Below the pieces are notes generated by a model that was not told the DNA's origin, ran no database searches, and saw only the letters and a program-made list of their open reading frames with translations. Shown in pieces: positions 17,533 through 27,533 of a DNA stretch of 64,000 nucleotides. Source of the stretch: an uncultured delta proteobacterium (GTDB lineage Bacteria; Desulfobacterota; Binatia; UBA9968). Positions within the stretch are counted from its first letter, which is position 1. Each line of letters opens with the position of its first letter. The position numbers and the translations under genes are program-made. The DNA lies in the NCBI GenBank assembly GCA_963840855.1, contig CAWJBB010000033.1:1-64000 (forward strand), in the 5' to 3' direction.

Positions 17533-18944
17533 CACGACGAAAAGAACCTTCCGTATTTCTTTGCCACCTGCGCTTTCATTTTGGCGCTTGAGCCCGAGGC
17601 GAGCGGAAAATCTTTTATCCATTCGTAGGGCCGCGTCGCATCGATGATCGCGCGAGTGCTGAAGCCCTTTTTGTCTTTCGGTATCACCGGATCGAGGGGA
17701 CCGCTCCAGGCGCGGCGGATAAAGTCGGTATCGTTGGCAGGGTCCGATCTGGTGCACATGGCCCAGAGCACATCGTTCATATCGTAGGGATCGATATCGT
17801 CGTCCACGACAACGATGTAGCGTCCCAGGTACGCGCCGGCGCCGCACTGGGCCGCGATGACACCGGCTTGCTTGGCATGTCCTGGATAACGCTGCTTGAT
17901 CGACACTGCGGTAAAAAAACGGCCTTGGAAACAAGCGACGCCGCGTATATCCGGCACGCCGGCTTTCTCCAAATGATCCCATATAAACGCCGAGCGTACT
18001 AGGTTGTCGTCGGAACCGCCAGGAGGCCGCGACGATGGCGCGCCAGTGAGGATCGGATTGTTGCGGTGCATCAAACGTTTCACTTTGATAATCGGTTCGG
18101 TGCGCTCGCCGCTGGCGTAGTAACCAGTCCACTCGCCGTAGGGGCCTTCACGCCGTTGCTGATCGGATAAACATTCTCCTTCGATGGTGATTTCAGAATA
18201 GGCGGGAAACGGCAGACCCGCATGTTTGCCGAGGATGACATCGACCGCCTGGCCGCGGATTCCCCCAGCGTAATCGTACTCCGATTTACCCCACGGCAGA
18301 CTATTGGCCGCGGCGGTCAGCAGCAGCGGATCGTCGCCGAAGCTTATCGCCACGGGGCAGGGGCGGCCTTGGTCGAAGTATTTCTGGCGGATAATCCGGC
18401 CCTGTTTTCCCGGCGAGATATAGAGCGCCAGCGTGTCACGATCGTGCACCATGACGCGGTAGCAGCCGATGTTGACCCAGCCTTCGTCGATATCGCGGGT
18501 AATGACGAGGTGGGCCGTGCCGATATATCGGCCGCCGTCCTCTTCATGCCAGTGCGGCACCGGCAAAGAGAAGAGGTCGATGTCCTCGCCTTCGTAAACA
18601 TTTTCCAGCACCGGTCCTGTCTCGACCACCCGCGGCGGGATGTACTGCGGGTTGTTCAAGCGTTTGCGCCACGCTTGAATAAACTGGTTACGATCATAAT
18701 CGAGCGGCAGGTGGGTCGTCAGACATTGGCGTTTAAGCGACTGATGGTGGACGCCGACGAGCACCCGGTGACCCGCGGGATAGTCTTTGATCTTGTCGAA
18801 GAGAATCGCCGAATAGGGCGGATTGCGCGCGTATACTTCGGTGACCGCGCCCATTTCGTATTGCCAATCCACGCCGTCGACATGTCTCAGCTCACCGAAC
18901 TCGTCAACTCTATCCATCCAGCCGCGTAAATCGTTATATAGCAT
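17532..18944 (-). CDS. UbiD family (prFMN-dependent) decarboxylase
   Basis: Motifs YNDLRGW..GEL, HEEDGGRYI, NIGCYR, EGPYGEWTGYY and VVVDDDID. Confidence 0.93.
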   Translation of the reverse strand: MLYNDLRGWMDRVDEFGELRHVDGVDWQYEMGAVTEVYARNPPYSAILFDKIKDYPAGHRVLVGVHHQSLKRQCLTTHLPLDYDRNQFIQAWRKRLNNPQYIPPRVVETGPVLENVYEGEDIDLFSLPVPHWHEEDGGRYIGTAHLVITRDIDEGWVNIGCYRVMVHDRDTLALYISPGKQGRIIRQKYFDQGRPCPVAISFGDDPLLLTAAANSLPWGKSEYDYAGGIRGQAVDVILGKHAGLPFPAYSEITIEGECLSDQQRREGPYGEWTGYYASGERTEPIIKVKRLMHRNNPILTGAPSSRPPGGSDDNLVRSAFIWDHLEKAGVPDIRGVACFQGRFFTAVSIKQRYPGHAKQAGVIAAQCGAGAYLGRYIVVVDDDIDPYDMNDVLWAMCTRSDPANDTDFIRRAWSGPLDPVIPKDKKGFSTRAIIDATRPYEWIKDFPLASGSSAKMKAQVAKKYGRFFSS

Positions 18945-19420
18945 CCTTTTGTCCTTTCGGTTTGTTATCAAAAACCCGCATTTCCCTGAGTGAACTTAGT
19001 TGTCAGCAATTTTATAGAGTCTCGTGGCGGTTTTTCAACTATTTGCCGCCGGTCATCATCGGTCATGCCTGTTAGACATTGGTTTACGAAATTCTTGAGA
19101 GTCCGCGCTGATAAGGCCGACGCGAATTTCCATATCAGTTCCTTGACTCCAAACTATTTGTAGTCCACGGCTCACCCGCCTAATCGTACGGCGTCTCGTA
19201 CCTAAGTTTGTAGTGCAAACAGTTAGGAGGAGCCAAATGTTCTAAGATTATGCAAACAGGCGGGTTAAAAGCTCCAATATTGTTCAAGACCTTTTGAACG
19301 GCTTAAACGACTTGAACGTCGCGAACCGCGTTTGATGGCCCGCCGAGGTTTACTTGGCCTTGGCTCCGTCGTGCTTTTGCATCGATGCACGAGTAATGCG
19401 GGCTGGAGGTTCGTTCCAGT

Positions 19421-20449
19421 TCATTTCTCCAGCAATCGTTTCATCCGTTCGACGACGTCGGCGGGTTGCGCCATGACTTCGCGGGCCAGTTCTTCGAGCT
19501 CCTCGCCATGAACGGGGGCGATCTCCAATCTCCGATCTTTGGCACTGGCCTGAAAATCCGGGTCGTTCAGAGTCTTCTTGAAAGCAGCCTGAAGAATTTT
19601 CGAGCGGTCGGGCGGTAGCCCCGGCGAACTGACGTAGGGACGGCCGAACGCCGCGACAGCAAGGATGATCGTGGCGAGGCGTTTTCCCGCGTCTGGAGTT
19701 TTATTTTCGTTCATCAGTTCCCAAATGGTCGGAACATCGGGCAACCTCGGGTCGCGCTTTTTGCCCGTTTGCATCAATACGCGCACATAACCATTCTTGG
19801 ACCAGCTGAGGAGCGGTTCGCGTCCGTATAAAGTTTCCACAGAGATACCGCGGCAAAGGACCTCTCCTCGCTCCACTGCCAGTTCGACTTCAGGACCATC
19901 CTTGTAGCCGGTGAGCGTATTGAATTTTGCGCCGAGGGTCTCCTCGAGCAGGTTTCCGAGATAGTAGCCCGTCGAAGAGGTCCCGGTGGCGCCGCATTTC
20001 GGCGGCACGGCTGCCTTACGCACGTCGTCGATCGACTTGTACGGACTGTCGGCGCGGATGTAAATGAGCTGTTCGACCTGTGTAGGACTGCCGAGCCAGG
20101 TGAACTTTGGCCAATCAAACTGAACTTGTTGCCTCTTCACCAGCTGATCGAAATAGAGCCCGCCTCGAATCCCGCCCAGGGTGAGTCCATCGGCCTTGGC
20201 GACTTTGTAAACGTAATTGGCCGCAATCATCGCCCCGGCGCCAGGCATGTTCTGGACAATGATATTTGGATTGCCGGGAATATACTTGATCAGGTAGCGA
20301 GCGATCAAGCGCGTCCACGCGTCATCGACGCTGCCGGCGCCGTAGCCAGCGACGATCCTGATTGTCTTCTCTTGATAGAACGGCGCTTGGGCTAGCGCGC
20401 TGAAGGGCGAAACAAAGACGAGAGCGAGAACGAAAAGGATTCTGTTCAT
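19421..20449 (-). CDS. Bug/TctC family tripartite tricarboxylate transporter substrate-binding protein (orphan)
   Basis: Signal peptide ending in AQA; FYQEKTIRIV, IPGNPNIIVQNMPGAG, AVERGEV and PDVPT. Confidence 0.92.
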   Translation of the reverse strand: MNRILFVLALVFVSPFSALAQAPFYQEKTIRIVAGYGAGSVDDAWTRLIARYLIKYIPGNPNIIVQNMPGAGAMIAANYVYKVAKADGLTLGGIRGGLYFDQLVKRQQVQFDWPKFTWLGSPTQVEQLIYIRADSPYKSIDDVRKAAVPPKCGATGTSSTGYYLGNLLEETLGAKFNTLTGYKDGPEVELAVERGEVLCRGISVETLYGREPLLSWSKNGYVRVLMQTGKKRDPRLPDVPTIWELMNENKTPDAGKRLATIILAVAAFGRPYVSSPGLPPDRSKILQAAFKKTLNDPDFQASAKDRRLEIAPVHGEELEELAREVMAQPADVVERMKRLLEK

Positions 20450-20570
20450 GGCGACCCTCCCCTGTGCAGGTTTGTTCGGCGGGGATAATACCGGATTGCC
20501 GCGAAACATACAAGAAAGAGAGCGCGCCGTTAAAGCGAGTGAGGCGTTGGTTGTGCGGCGGAGTGGCGGG

Positions 20571-20810
20571 TTATTGGTGCCCGTTGTTGCCGTTGAGATG
20601 GGCTATGCCGAGAGGCGTAAGAGTGACTTCGGGATTGCGCAGTGTGTCGGTTCGGTGGACTTGGATAAGACCCTCAATGAGAGCATCCTCCCAAATTGTA
20701 TGTCTGGGACATGTGCTTTGCCACGCGTTCATGGTTTCGTCATAGGTCCGACGGCGATCTGCGACCCAGGCAAGAAACTGCAGCATCAATAGATTAGCCG
20801 ATTCAGACAT
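20571..20810 (-). CDS. Small hypothetical protein (possible winged-helix-like)
   Basis: GAGG RBS; sequence QFLAWV..R.Y.E.M.AW.STCPR..IWEDA....V.LTP.G looks protein-like. Confidence 0.6.
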   Translation of the reverse strand: MSESANLLMLQFLAWVADRRRTYDETMNAWQSTCPRHTIWEDALIEGLIQVHRTDTLRNPEVTLTPLGIAHLNGNNGHQ

Positions 20811-20941
20811 ACACGCCTCGCATAATCCATCTTTCGACACTTTAACCGTGATGAAATAATCTCAACAATTCCTATATCTTTATGTTCTATCAACTTAAGG
20901 ATTAGCTTTACTTGTGGTGTAGTTGCGATAAGTTTTTGTTG

Positions 20942-22132
20942 TTAATCCCCATTCTGAGCCAGATGAAAAAACTCGATAGCATTGCCGCAGACCATCTTGT
21001 GCTTCTCGTCTTCCGGCACGCCGGCGAAGTTGCGCTCGATCACGCCCATTGAATCAGGCCAGTCCGATTCTTGGTGTGGAAAGTCGGAGCCCCACATCAA
21101 GCGTTCGACGCCGATCTTGTAGCGAAGCTCGACTCCGACCCGGTCGAATTGAAAGCCCCAGAGAAAATGCTCGCGGATGTATTCGCTGGGCGGACGGTTG
21201 AGCGGCTTGAAGCCTAGCAGGCGCTCGGCCCAGTGGTGATGTCGGTCGTAGCGCACGTCGCAGCCCTGCAGAAAAAACGGAATCCAGCCGATCTGATTCT
21301 CGGCGAAAAAGATTTTCAGCTTCGGAAAGCGGTCGAAGAGCCCTGACAACACCCACTGCACCGCGGGGATCGCACCGCAGCCGCGCTCCGGACCGAAGCG
21401 GCTTGCCTGGTAGACGAGGTCCTGGTTGAGTTTTTTCATGATCTCTTCGGGCTCATGCGGGTATTTAAAGAGCGGGCCTTTGCGTTCGCCGCTGCGGTCG
21501 AGGTCCACATGCACGCTAACGGGTACATGCATGTCCAGCGCCGCCGACCAGAAGCGGTCGTCTTCCTCTGAAGGGTAGGCTTTCCCGCTTGGCAGGCCTT
21601 GAAGCAAGACGGTCTTGAATCCCGCCTTGGCGCAGAAATCCATTTCAGTGATGACGTCGGCAAGCTCGCACCCCAGCGGCAGGATGCCGACGCCAATAAG
21701 CCGCTCCGGATCGACCGCGCAGTACTCTTCCGCGAGCCAGCTGTTGTAAGCCCGGACGACCGCTTTGTAAGCGTCGTTGTCTTCAACGCGCCGCCAGAAT
21801 TTAGGCCCGCCTTGCTGGGAGGGAAAGAGCACTTCGGCGTCGATACCGTCTCGGTCTTGTTCCTGAATCCGTTGTTGCGGGCTTCCTGTTCCCGGCGTGC
21901 CTTCGTATCTCCCGCCGAACGGCACGTAAGCATCACGGCCCCTGCCACCGTAGAGATCAGCAGCGGCGGCCGGTCGAAAGATTTTGTCGCCGATCGTCCA
22001 CTTGTCGCTGTCGTCGGGCTGGCGCACTAATCGCGGCGCCTGGTCGCGAAATTTCCCCGGGACGCGATTGATCCAATGCTTCGAGTCAATTTCCAGGTGC
22101 GAGTCGCCAGAAATGTAATGGTACTTCTTCAT
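20942..22132 (-). CDS. Amidohydrolase_2 family protein
   Basis: Motifs ISGDSHLE, DGIDAEVLFP, VSVH, FDRFPKLK..AE and WGSDFPH. Confidence 0.93.
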   Translation of the reverse strand: MKKYHYISGDSHLEIDSKHWINRVPGKFRDQAPRLVRQPDDSDKWTIGDKIFRPAAAADLYGGRGRDAYVPFGGRYEGTPGTGSPQQRIQEQDRDGIDAEVLFPSQQGGPKFWRRVEDNDAYKAVVRAYNSWLAEEYCAVDPERLIGVGILPLGCELADVITEMDFCAKAGFKTVLLQGLPSGKAYPSEEDDRFWSAALDMHVPVSVHVDLDRSGERKGPLFKYPHEPEEIMKKLNQDLVYQASRFGPERGCGAIPAVQWVLSGLFDRFPKLKIFFAENQIGWIPFFLQGCDVRYDRHHHWAERLLGFKPLNRPPSEYIREHFLWGFQFDRVGVELRYKIGVERLMWGSDFPHQESDWPDSMGVIERNFAGVPEDEKHKMVCGNAIEFFHLAQNGD

Positions 22133-22732
22133 TACAATGCACTCTCCCGTATTGGCCTAATTGGAACTGTGAATAGTTCGAGCAGCTCCAAGCGTTCAAG
22201 CGCTTCATGCCGCTAATTTCGCTCAACTCGTAAGCCGAAATCATTTGTGGCGATCTTAACCAAATAAACCAGCCCTGCCAAGTGAGGAACCAGTAAACCT
22301 GTAGCGTATGGCTCCCGGTCGCAGGGCTTGCCCGGTAATCTTGCGCCCATCATCACCAAGTTCGCCGAAAATAGGAAAATTAATGATCCGCGTCAACACA
22401 GGAAATCCGGTTGACATGATCGGCCGTTATTCACTACTCTCCGGTCAATCTGGCTAGGATGACAAATCGGTCGTCTCGGAGGGTGAACGATAGTATCGAC
22501 GCGGCAACTTCATGGCCGATTTCACCAGCGTGCTGGATGGCCTGGTGCCGAGCGAGTCAATCATGGCACTGATCTGGCGCGGGCCGAATCGGGAGCTGGC
22601 GAACGGCTCCCCTCCGTTCGCTAGTCATTCAATGCCGCCGCGACTGTTGGAGATTTCCGAGAAATAGAAAACTGCATTGAACGAGGCTCGTGGAAGGATC
22701 TCGAAGCGAATTCAAAATAGCGAGGATTTGCC

Positions 22733-23848
22733 ATGCAAATACGAGCGGACAATGTGGGCAGTCTTTTGCGCCCGCCGGAGCTGTTGGAGGCGCGGGCGGC
22801 GCTGCGCGAAGGACGCATAGATCGTAATCAAGCGCGCGCAGTCGAGGACCGCGCGATTCTTACGGCGCTCGAACTTCAGAAGTCGGTGGGCATTGATGTC
22901 CTCACTGACGGCGAGTACCGGCGAGATATTTTTACGGCGGACATTACACGGGCAGTGGAGGGACTCGTGCCGGGCAAGCCGACCGTGAGTTTTCAATGGC
23001 GTGGGGCCGGAAGCGAACTGGCGAAGGAATCGAAGGAGGGCAACCTGCAGCTTGTCGTTGGCGGCAAGCTTGCGAAGAAAGGCCGGCTCACTCCGGACGA
23101 GGCGCCGTTTCTCAAGCAGCATGCGCCGGGTCCGTTCAAAGTTTGTACGCCGGCGGCGATGCAGCACGCCATCAGCCGATACAAACCTGGAGTAACGGAT
23201 AAATTTTATCCGACGATTCATGAGATGCTGCACGATGTCGCGGCGATCATGCGCGACGAAGTGCAGGCGCTGATCGACGAAGGCGCTTCCTATGTGCAAA
23301 TGGATGCGCCGTCTTATTCGACGTTCTTCGATCCGAACCGGCGGGAGACCCTCAAGCAGAGCGGCGTGGATACGGATGCGGCCTTCGATGCCGCCCTCGC
23401 GGCGGACAATGCCATGATCCAGGGCATCAAGCGCAGCCCTGAGGTGGTAACGGCGATTCACTTCTGTCGCGGCAACAAACGCAGCTCGTGGGGCGCCGAG
23501 GGCGGCTACGAGCCTATTGCGGAGAAAGCTTTTGGCTCGCTCAAGATGGATCGATTTCTCTTGGAATTTGATAGCGACCGCGCCGGTGGTTTCGAGCCGC
23601 TGCGCTTCGTGCCCAAAGGCAAGACCGTCGTGCTCGGGTTAGTCACGACCAAATTCCCGCAATTGGAGTCCGAAGATGAGTTGTTGCGGCGGATCGAACA
23701 GGCTGCGAAGTACGTGCCGACGGAAAATCTTGCCATCAGCACGCAGTGTGGTTTCGCCTCGGCCGCCTCTGGTAATCTCATCACATGGGACGACATGAAG
23801 CGGAAACTCGAACTGGTGGTGAAAATCGCGCGCCGGGTGTGGGGATGA
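22733..23848 (+). CDS. Cobalamin-independent methionine synthase II family (single-barrel MetE-like) protein
   Basis: Motifs RADNVGSLLRP and TDGEYRR; Zn ligands HFCRGN, LLEFD and TQCGF. Confidence 0.92.
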   Translation: MQIRADNVGSLLRPPELLEARAALREGRIDRNQARAVEDRAILTALELQKSVGIDVLTDGEYRRDIFTADITRAVEGLVPGKPTVSFQWRGAGSELAKESKEGNLQLVVGGKLAKKGRLTPDEAPFLKQHAPGPFKVCTPAAMQHAISRYKPGVTDKFYPTIHEMLHDVAAIMRDEVQALIDEGASYVQMDAPSYSTFFDPNRRETLKQSGVDTDAAFDAALAADNAMIQGIKRSPEVVTAIHFCRGNKRSSWGAEGGYEPIAEKAFGSLKMDRFLLEFDSDRAGGFEPLRFVPKGKTVVLGLVTTKFPQLESEDELLRRIEQAAKYVPTENLAISTQCGFASAASGNLITWDDMKRKLELVVKIARRVWG

Positions 23849-23956
23849 ATGAATCGTTCAAACCATAAGCCCTGGACAATTTCCAGACTTCCGGTCTAAA
23901 AAAGGGTATCTCGAAGAAAACGAACCGACGAAGCGTGATTACATGGAGGAGGACAA

Positions 23957-26180
23957 ATGACGCAGGTTGTAGGCAAATCAACGCCGAGGGTCGAGGGCGA
24001 GTTAAAGGTTACGGGAAAGGCGCTTTATAGCGGCGATGTGCAACTGCCGGACAACGCTTTGGGGAATGTGTCTCAGAAGCCCGATCCCATACGGGCGCAT
24101 TAAGAAGATCGACTATCGCAAGGCGCTGCAACTACCGGGGGTGAAGGCCGTCATCACCGGCGAAGACGTCACGGGACTCAGAATCGGCCGCTGCATATAT
24201 GACACGCCGGTCATGGCGGATGGCGTTGTCCGGTTCATCGGCGAGAAGGTCGCCGCGGTGGCGGCGGAGACGAAGCAGGCCGCGGAACAGGCGCTGGACT
24301 TGATCGAGGTCGAATACGAGGAAATGGAACCGCTAGTCGATCCGGAACAAGCCACCAAAGACGGTTCGCCGATTCTCCATCCCGATCTTCTGTCTTACCG
24401 AGGCTTGCCGGTGCCCGTGGAAAAACTCGGCAACGTGTTCGCCTACCTCAAGTGGGGCAAGGGCGATCTCGAAGAGGGGTTTAAGCGAGCCGATCTAGTC
24501 GTAGAGAATACTTTTACGACCCAGGTAACCCATCAATCCTATCTGGAACCCCACGCCTGCGTGGTCGATACGCATCCTGACGGCAGCGCGGATGTCTGGT
24601 CATGCAGCAAGACGCCGTTCGCGGTGCGCGGGCAGCTCTCCAACTGCATAGGCGTCGAGAAAGAAAAATTGATTTTCCATCCGATCCACATCGGCGGCGA
24701 TTTTGGCGGCAAGGGCGGATTCATGGACGTGCCCGCCGCCTATTTTCTGTCGAAGAAGAGCGGCCAGCCGGTAAAGATGATCATGGACTACACCGAGGAG
24801 TTGACGGCGGGCAATCCGCGCCACCCGTCGATCATCAAAGTCAAAACCGGGGTGAAAAAGGATGGCACCATTACCGCGCACCACATGGATTTTCTCTTCG
24901 ACAGCGGCGCCTACGGCTCGATGAAACCGGCGGGTTATCTGATCGGCGCTTCTACCTGCGCCGGGCCGTACAAAATCGACAACTGTTTGATTGAAGAGAG
25001 AATGGTTTACACGAACAAGATTCCCTGCGGCCATATGCGCGCGCCGGGTGATCCCCAGGGCTTCTTCGCCAACGAAAGCCAGATGGATATCGTGGCGCGC
25101 AGGCTCGGCATGGACCCGGCGGCGTTCAAGCGCAAGAATATGCTGAAGGACGGCGACGAGACGCCCATCGGCGGCCATGTTTCTCACATACGCGGCAATG
25201 AGGCTTTGGGAAAAGCGATCGAGCTGGCGGGCTATAATAATCCGAAGCCTAAGAACGTCGGACGCGGTCTGGCGTTTTCCGAATGGAGCCCAAACGGCGG
25301 CGAGGGCAACGTCTTCGTCACCATCGATAAAAAAGGTCGCGTGAACGTCGAAACTCCGGTCGTGGACCAGGGCGCGGGCGTTCTTACGGTTATCGTCGAA
25401 GTTGTCGGCGAGGAGCTTAAAGTGCCCGCCGATCAAATCGGTATGACGCAGCTCGACAGCACGTCGGTGCCCAGCGATGGCGGCGTGGGCGGCAGCCGCG
25501 CGACTCGAGTCTATGGCAACGCCTCTTATGAAGCCGGCGTTAAAGCGCGCGGCGAACTTATCGCGGTGGCGGCGCGGACCCTTGGCGTGGACTCGGGCGA
25601 ACTGGAGTTGGCGCAGGGCGCAGTGGTGCACAAGAGATCGAAACGCAAACTAAGTTTTGCCGACATCGTCAAAGCCTACGGATCGCCGCTCACGGTCAAA
25701 GGCTACTATAAGAGCTCGGAGAAATCCCACGACGCGTCGGTCTCCGCGCAGATCTGTGAAGTGCATGTCGATCCGGAGACCGGCCAGATTACGCTACGAA
25801 ACATGATCTCCGCGCACACCACCGGCAAGGTCATCAATCCGCTAATGCACCAGGGGCAAATCGATGGCGGCGTGGTGTTCGGTCTGGGTTACGCTCTCAC
25901 CGAAGAAATCAATTTTGACGGCGCCAAAATCACAACGACAAATTTCGGTGAATTCAAAATTCCCAACATCAAGGACATCCCGCCGCTGAAAACTCACGTC
26001 GCGGAAAACGTGCCGAGCGGACCGGGACCCTATAATAGTCTGGCGATCGGCGAGGTGGCGAATACACCGACGGCGGCGGCGGTGGCCAACGCGGTGGCGG
26101 ATGCGTGCGGCGTACGGATTACCGACTTGCCGGTTACATCGGAGAAAGTTTATCAGGCGCTGAAAGCAAGGTACGCGTGA
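23957..26180 (+). CDS. Xanthine dehydrogenase/aldehyde oxidoreductase family molybdopterin-binding large subunit (frameshift near 24052)
   Basis: GGAGG RBS and MTQVVGKSTPRVEGELKVTGKALY at 23957 join the track ORF. Motifs YLEPH, IGGDFGGK, MRAPG, DQGAG, GQIDGG and IGE. Confidence 0.92.
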
Positions 26181-26192
26181 ACATTAAAACCT

Positions 26193-26255
26193 GTTTCGAT
26201 TTTTGGGTTTCGCGTTTCGCGTTCAACTCGAAACTCGAGACGCGGAACTCGAAAC
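26193..26255. repeat. Tandem-inverted heptamer element (GTTTCGN)n...(NCGAAAC)n
   Basis: GTTTCGA..GTTTCGC GTTTCGC followed by ACTCGAA ACTCGAG ACGCGGA ACTCGAAAC; intergenic. Confidence 0.7.
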
Positions 26256-26276
26256 CGCGAAGCGAGGGAGGTATCT

Positions 26277-27353
26277 ATGGCTGAAACACTACGCTACTAC
26301 ATTGCCCATAACGGCGGGCTCAACGTCATGCGGCCGCAGGGGGATTCATTCAACACCGTCGGTGAATTTTTTCACGGTAAGACTTTGGAGCATATCATCG
26401 GCGGCATCAACAGACCGGAACTGCTTTTTGCCGCGGTGGCGTTCGATGGCGGCTATCGCTCCGAAGATGGCGGTAAAAATTGGACGAAGATCATGGCAGG
26501 GGATGTGCGCACGTTTACGGTGGACCCCCATGATGAGCGCGTCATCTACATGGGAATCGGCCCTATTCGTCTTTTCCGGAGCGAAGACTCGGGAAAAACC
26601 TGGGAGCCGTTGGATGGCATGCTCGCCTTGTCCGACAACGTGAAGAAGAAATGGGACGTGCCGGCACGGTTGCGCGGCGTTGAGTTTCCCCACGTGCGCC
26701 ATATCTTCATTCACCCCGAAGATCAGAATCTCATTTGGGTCTTGCTTGAACACGGCGGCAATCTGCTGAGCCGTGATCGCGGCCAAAATTGGGAAGATCG
26801 CAGCGACGGCATCGACTACGTGGACATGCACTACATCGAAAATTACCCTGGCAGCAAAGAGCGCTTCTACGTCTCATCCGCTCGCGGTTTCTTCCGCACA
26901 GACGACGCCGGAAAGCAGTGGCGCCGCGCCGAGACCGGCATGCCCTGGGGGTATACTGAGTTGCATAGTTATTCCCATGAATGGCACTTCATGCCGGGCG
27001 ATACGCCGCGCATGGTTCTCTGCGGTGGCAAGGGTTCGCCGGGCGTGTGGTCACGAGAAAAAACGACGCCTCTAGGTCACATCCTCCTCAGCGACGACGG
27101 CGGGGAGAACTGGCGCATTTCCGCCAACGGGTTGGAAAAAGAAAATCCCTATATGCCCTGGGTGCTGCTGCATCATCCGCTCGATAGGAACGCGCTCTTT
27201 TGCGGCATGGGCGACGGCTCGCGCGGTTACGGCTTTGACGCGAGAATCAAAGGAAAAGGCGCATTCTACGTCAGTCGCGACCGCGGCGACTCCTGGGAGC
27301 CGGTACTCAAAGACGCGCCGTCGATTCTGACGGCGTGGGTTGCACCAAATTAA
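26277..27353 (+). CDS. BNR/Asp-box repeat beta-propeller protein
   Basis: Repeated S.D.G..W boxes: SEDGGKNW, SEDSGKTW, SRDRGQNW, TDDAGKQW, SDDGGENW and SRDRGDSW. No signal peptide. Confidence 0.88.
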   Translation: MAETLRYYIAHNGGLNVMRPQGDSFNTVGEFFHGKTLEHIIGGINRPELLFAAVAFDGGYRSEDGGKNWTKIMAGDVRTFTVDPHDERVIYMGIGPIRLFRSEDSGKTWEPLDGMLALSDNVKKKWDVPARLRGVEFPHVRHIFIHPEDQNLIWVLLEHGGNLLSRDRGQNWEDRSDGIDYVDMHYIENYPGSKERFYVSSARGFFRTDDAGKQWRRAETGMPWGYTELHSYSHEWHFMPGDTPRMVLCGGKGSPGVWSREKTTPLGHILLSDDGGENWRISANGLEKENPYMPWVLLHHPLDRNALFCGMGDGSRGYGFDARIKGKGAFYVSRDRGDSWEPVLKDAPSILTAWVAPN

Positions 27354-27533
27354 AAAAGGCGTAACGACAAAGAGCGCATTAATACGGCGCGCAGCCGGGA
27401 CCTAAGATTTCGGACTTGGAACTGGGACTCCTCAGACAGGCATAACGGAATTTTCACAAGTCATTTGAAGGAGTCTCTTCCGTTCGTCCGAAGGGTCGAA
27501 GGACTCCGGCGAAGTTTTTCAGCAGCCTGCTAA

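Noticed and set aside
17533-18132. 200-aa N-terminal extension of the Ate ORF overlapping the UbiD gene
   Set aside because: It is low-complexity alternative-frame translation. The family motifs start after the ATG at 17532, which overlaps the UbiD stop.
22464-22575. SAM-I riboswitch-like spacing (ATC-N9-GGAGGG...GGCAAC...GGTGCC) in the leader of the MetE-like gene, downstream of a TTGACA-N18-TACTCT promoter candidate
   Set aside because: The conserved AGAG, GACxGGCCC, AUGA and AAxUCC elements and the P1/P2 pairings are missing. An Infernal search with the SAM models would settle it, but by eye it is coincidence.
22512-22667. 51-aa ORF MADFTSVLDGLVP... in the MetE-like leader
   Set aside because: It has no clear RBS or motif and is not distinguishable from chance.
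24600-25631. Long antisense ORFs (for example 24600-25631, 30624-31475, 33423-34292, 45770-46459, 52133-52906)
   Set aside because: They are shadows of well-supported genes on the opposite strand in GC-rich DNA, with no family motifs or RBS.
27514-27532. GTTTTTCAGCAGCCTGCTA, resembling an insertion-sequence terminal inverted repeat
   Set aside because: No matching second end or transposase was found in the window, so it cannot be supported as an element.
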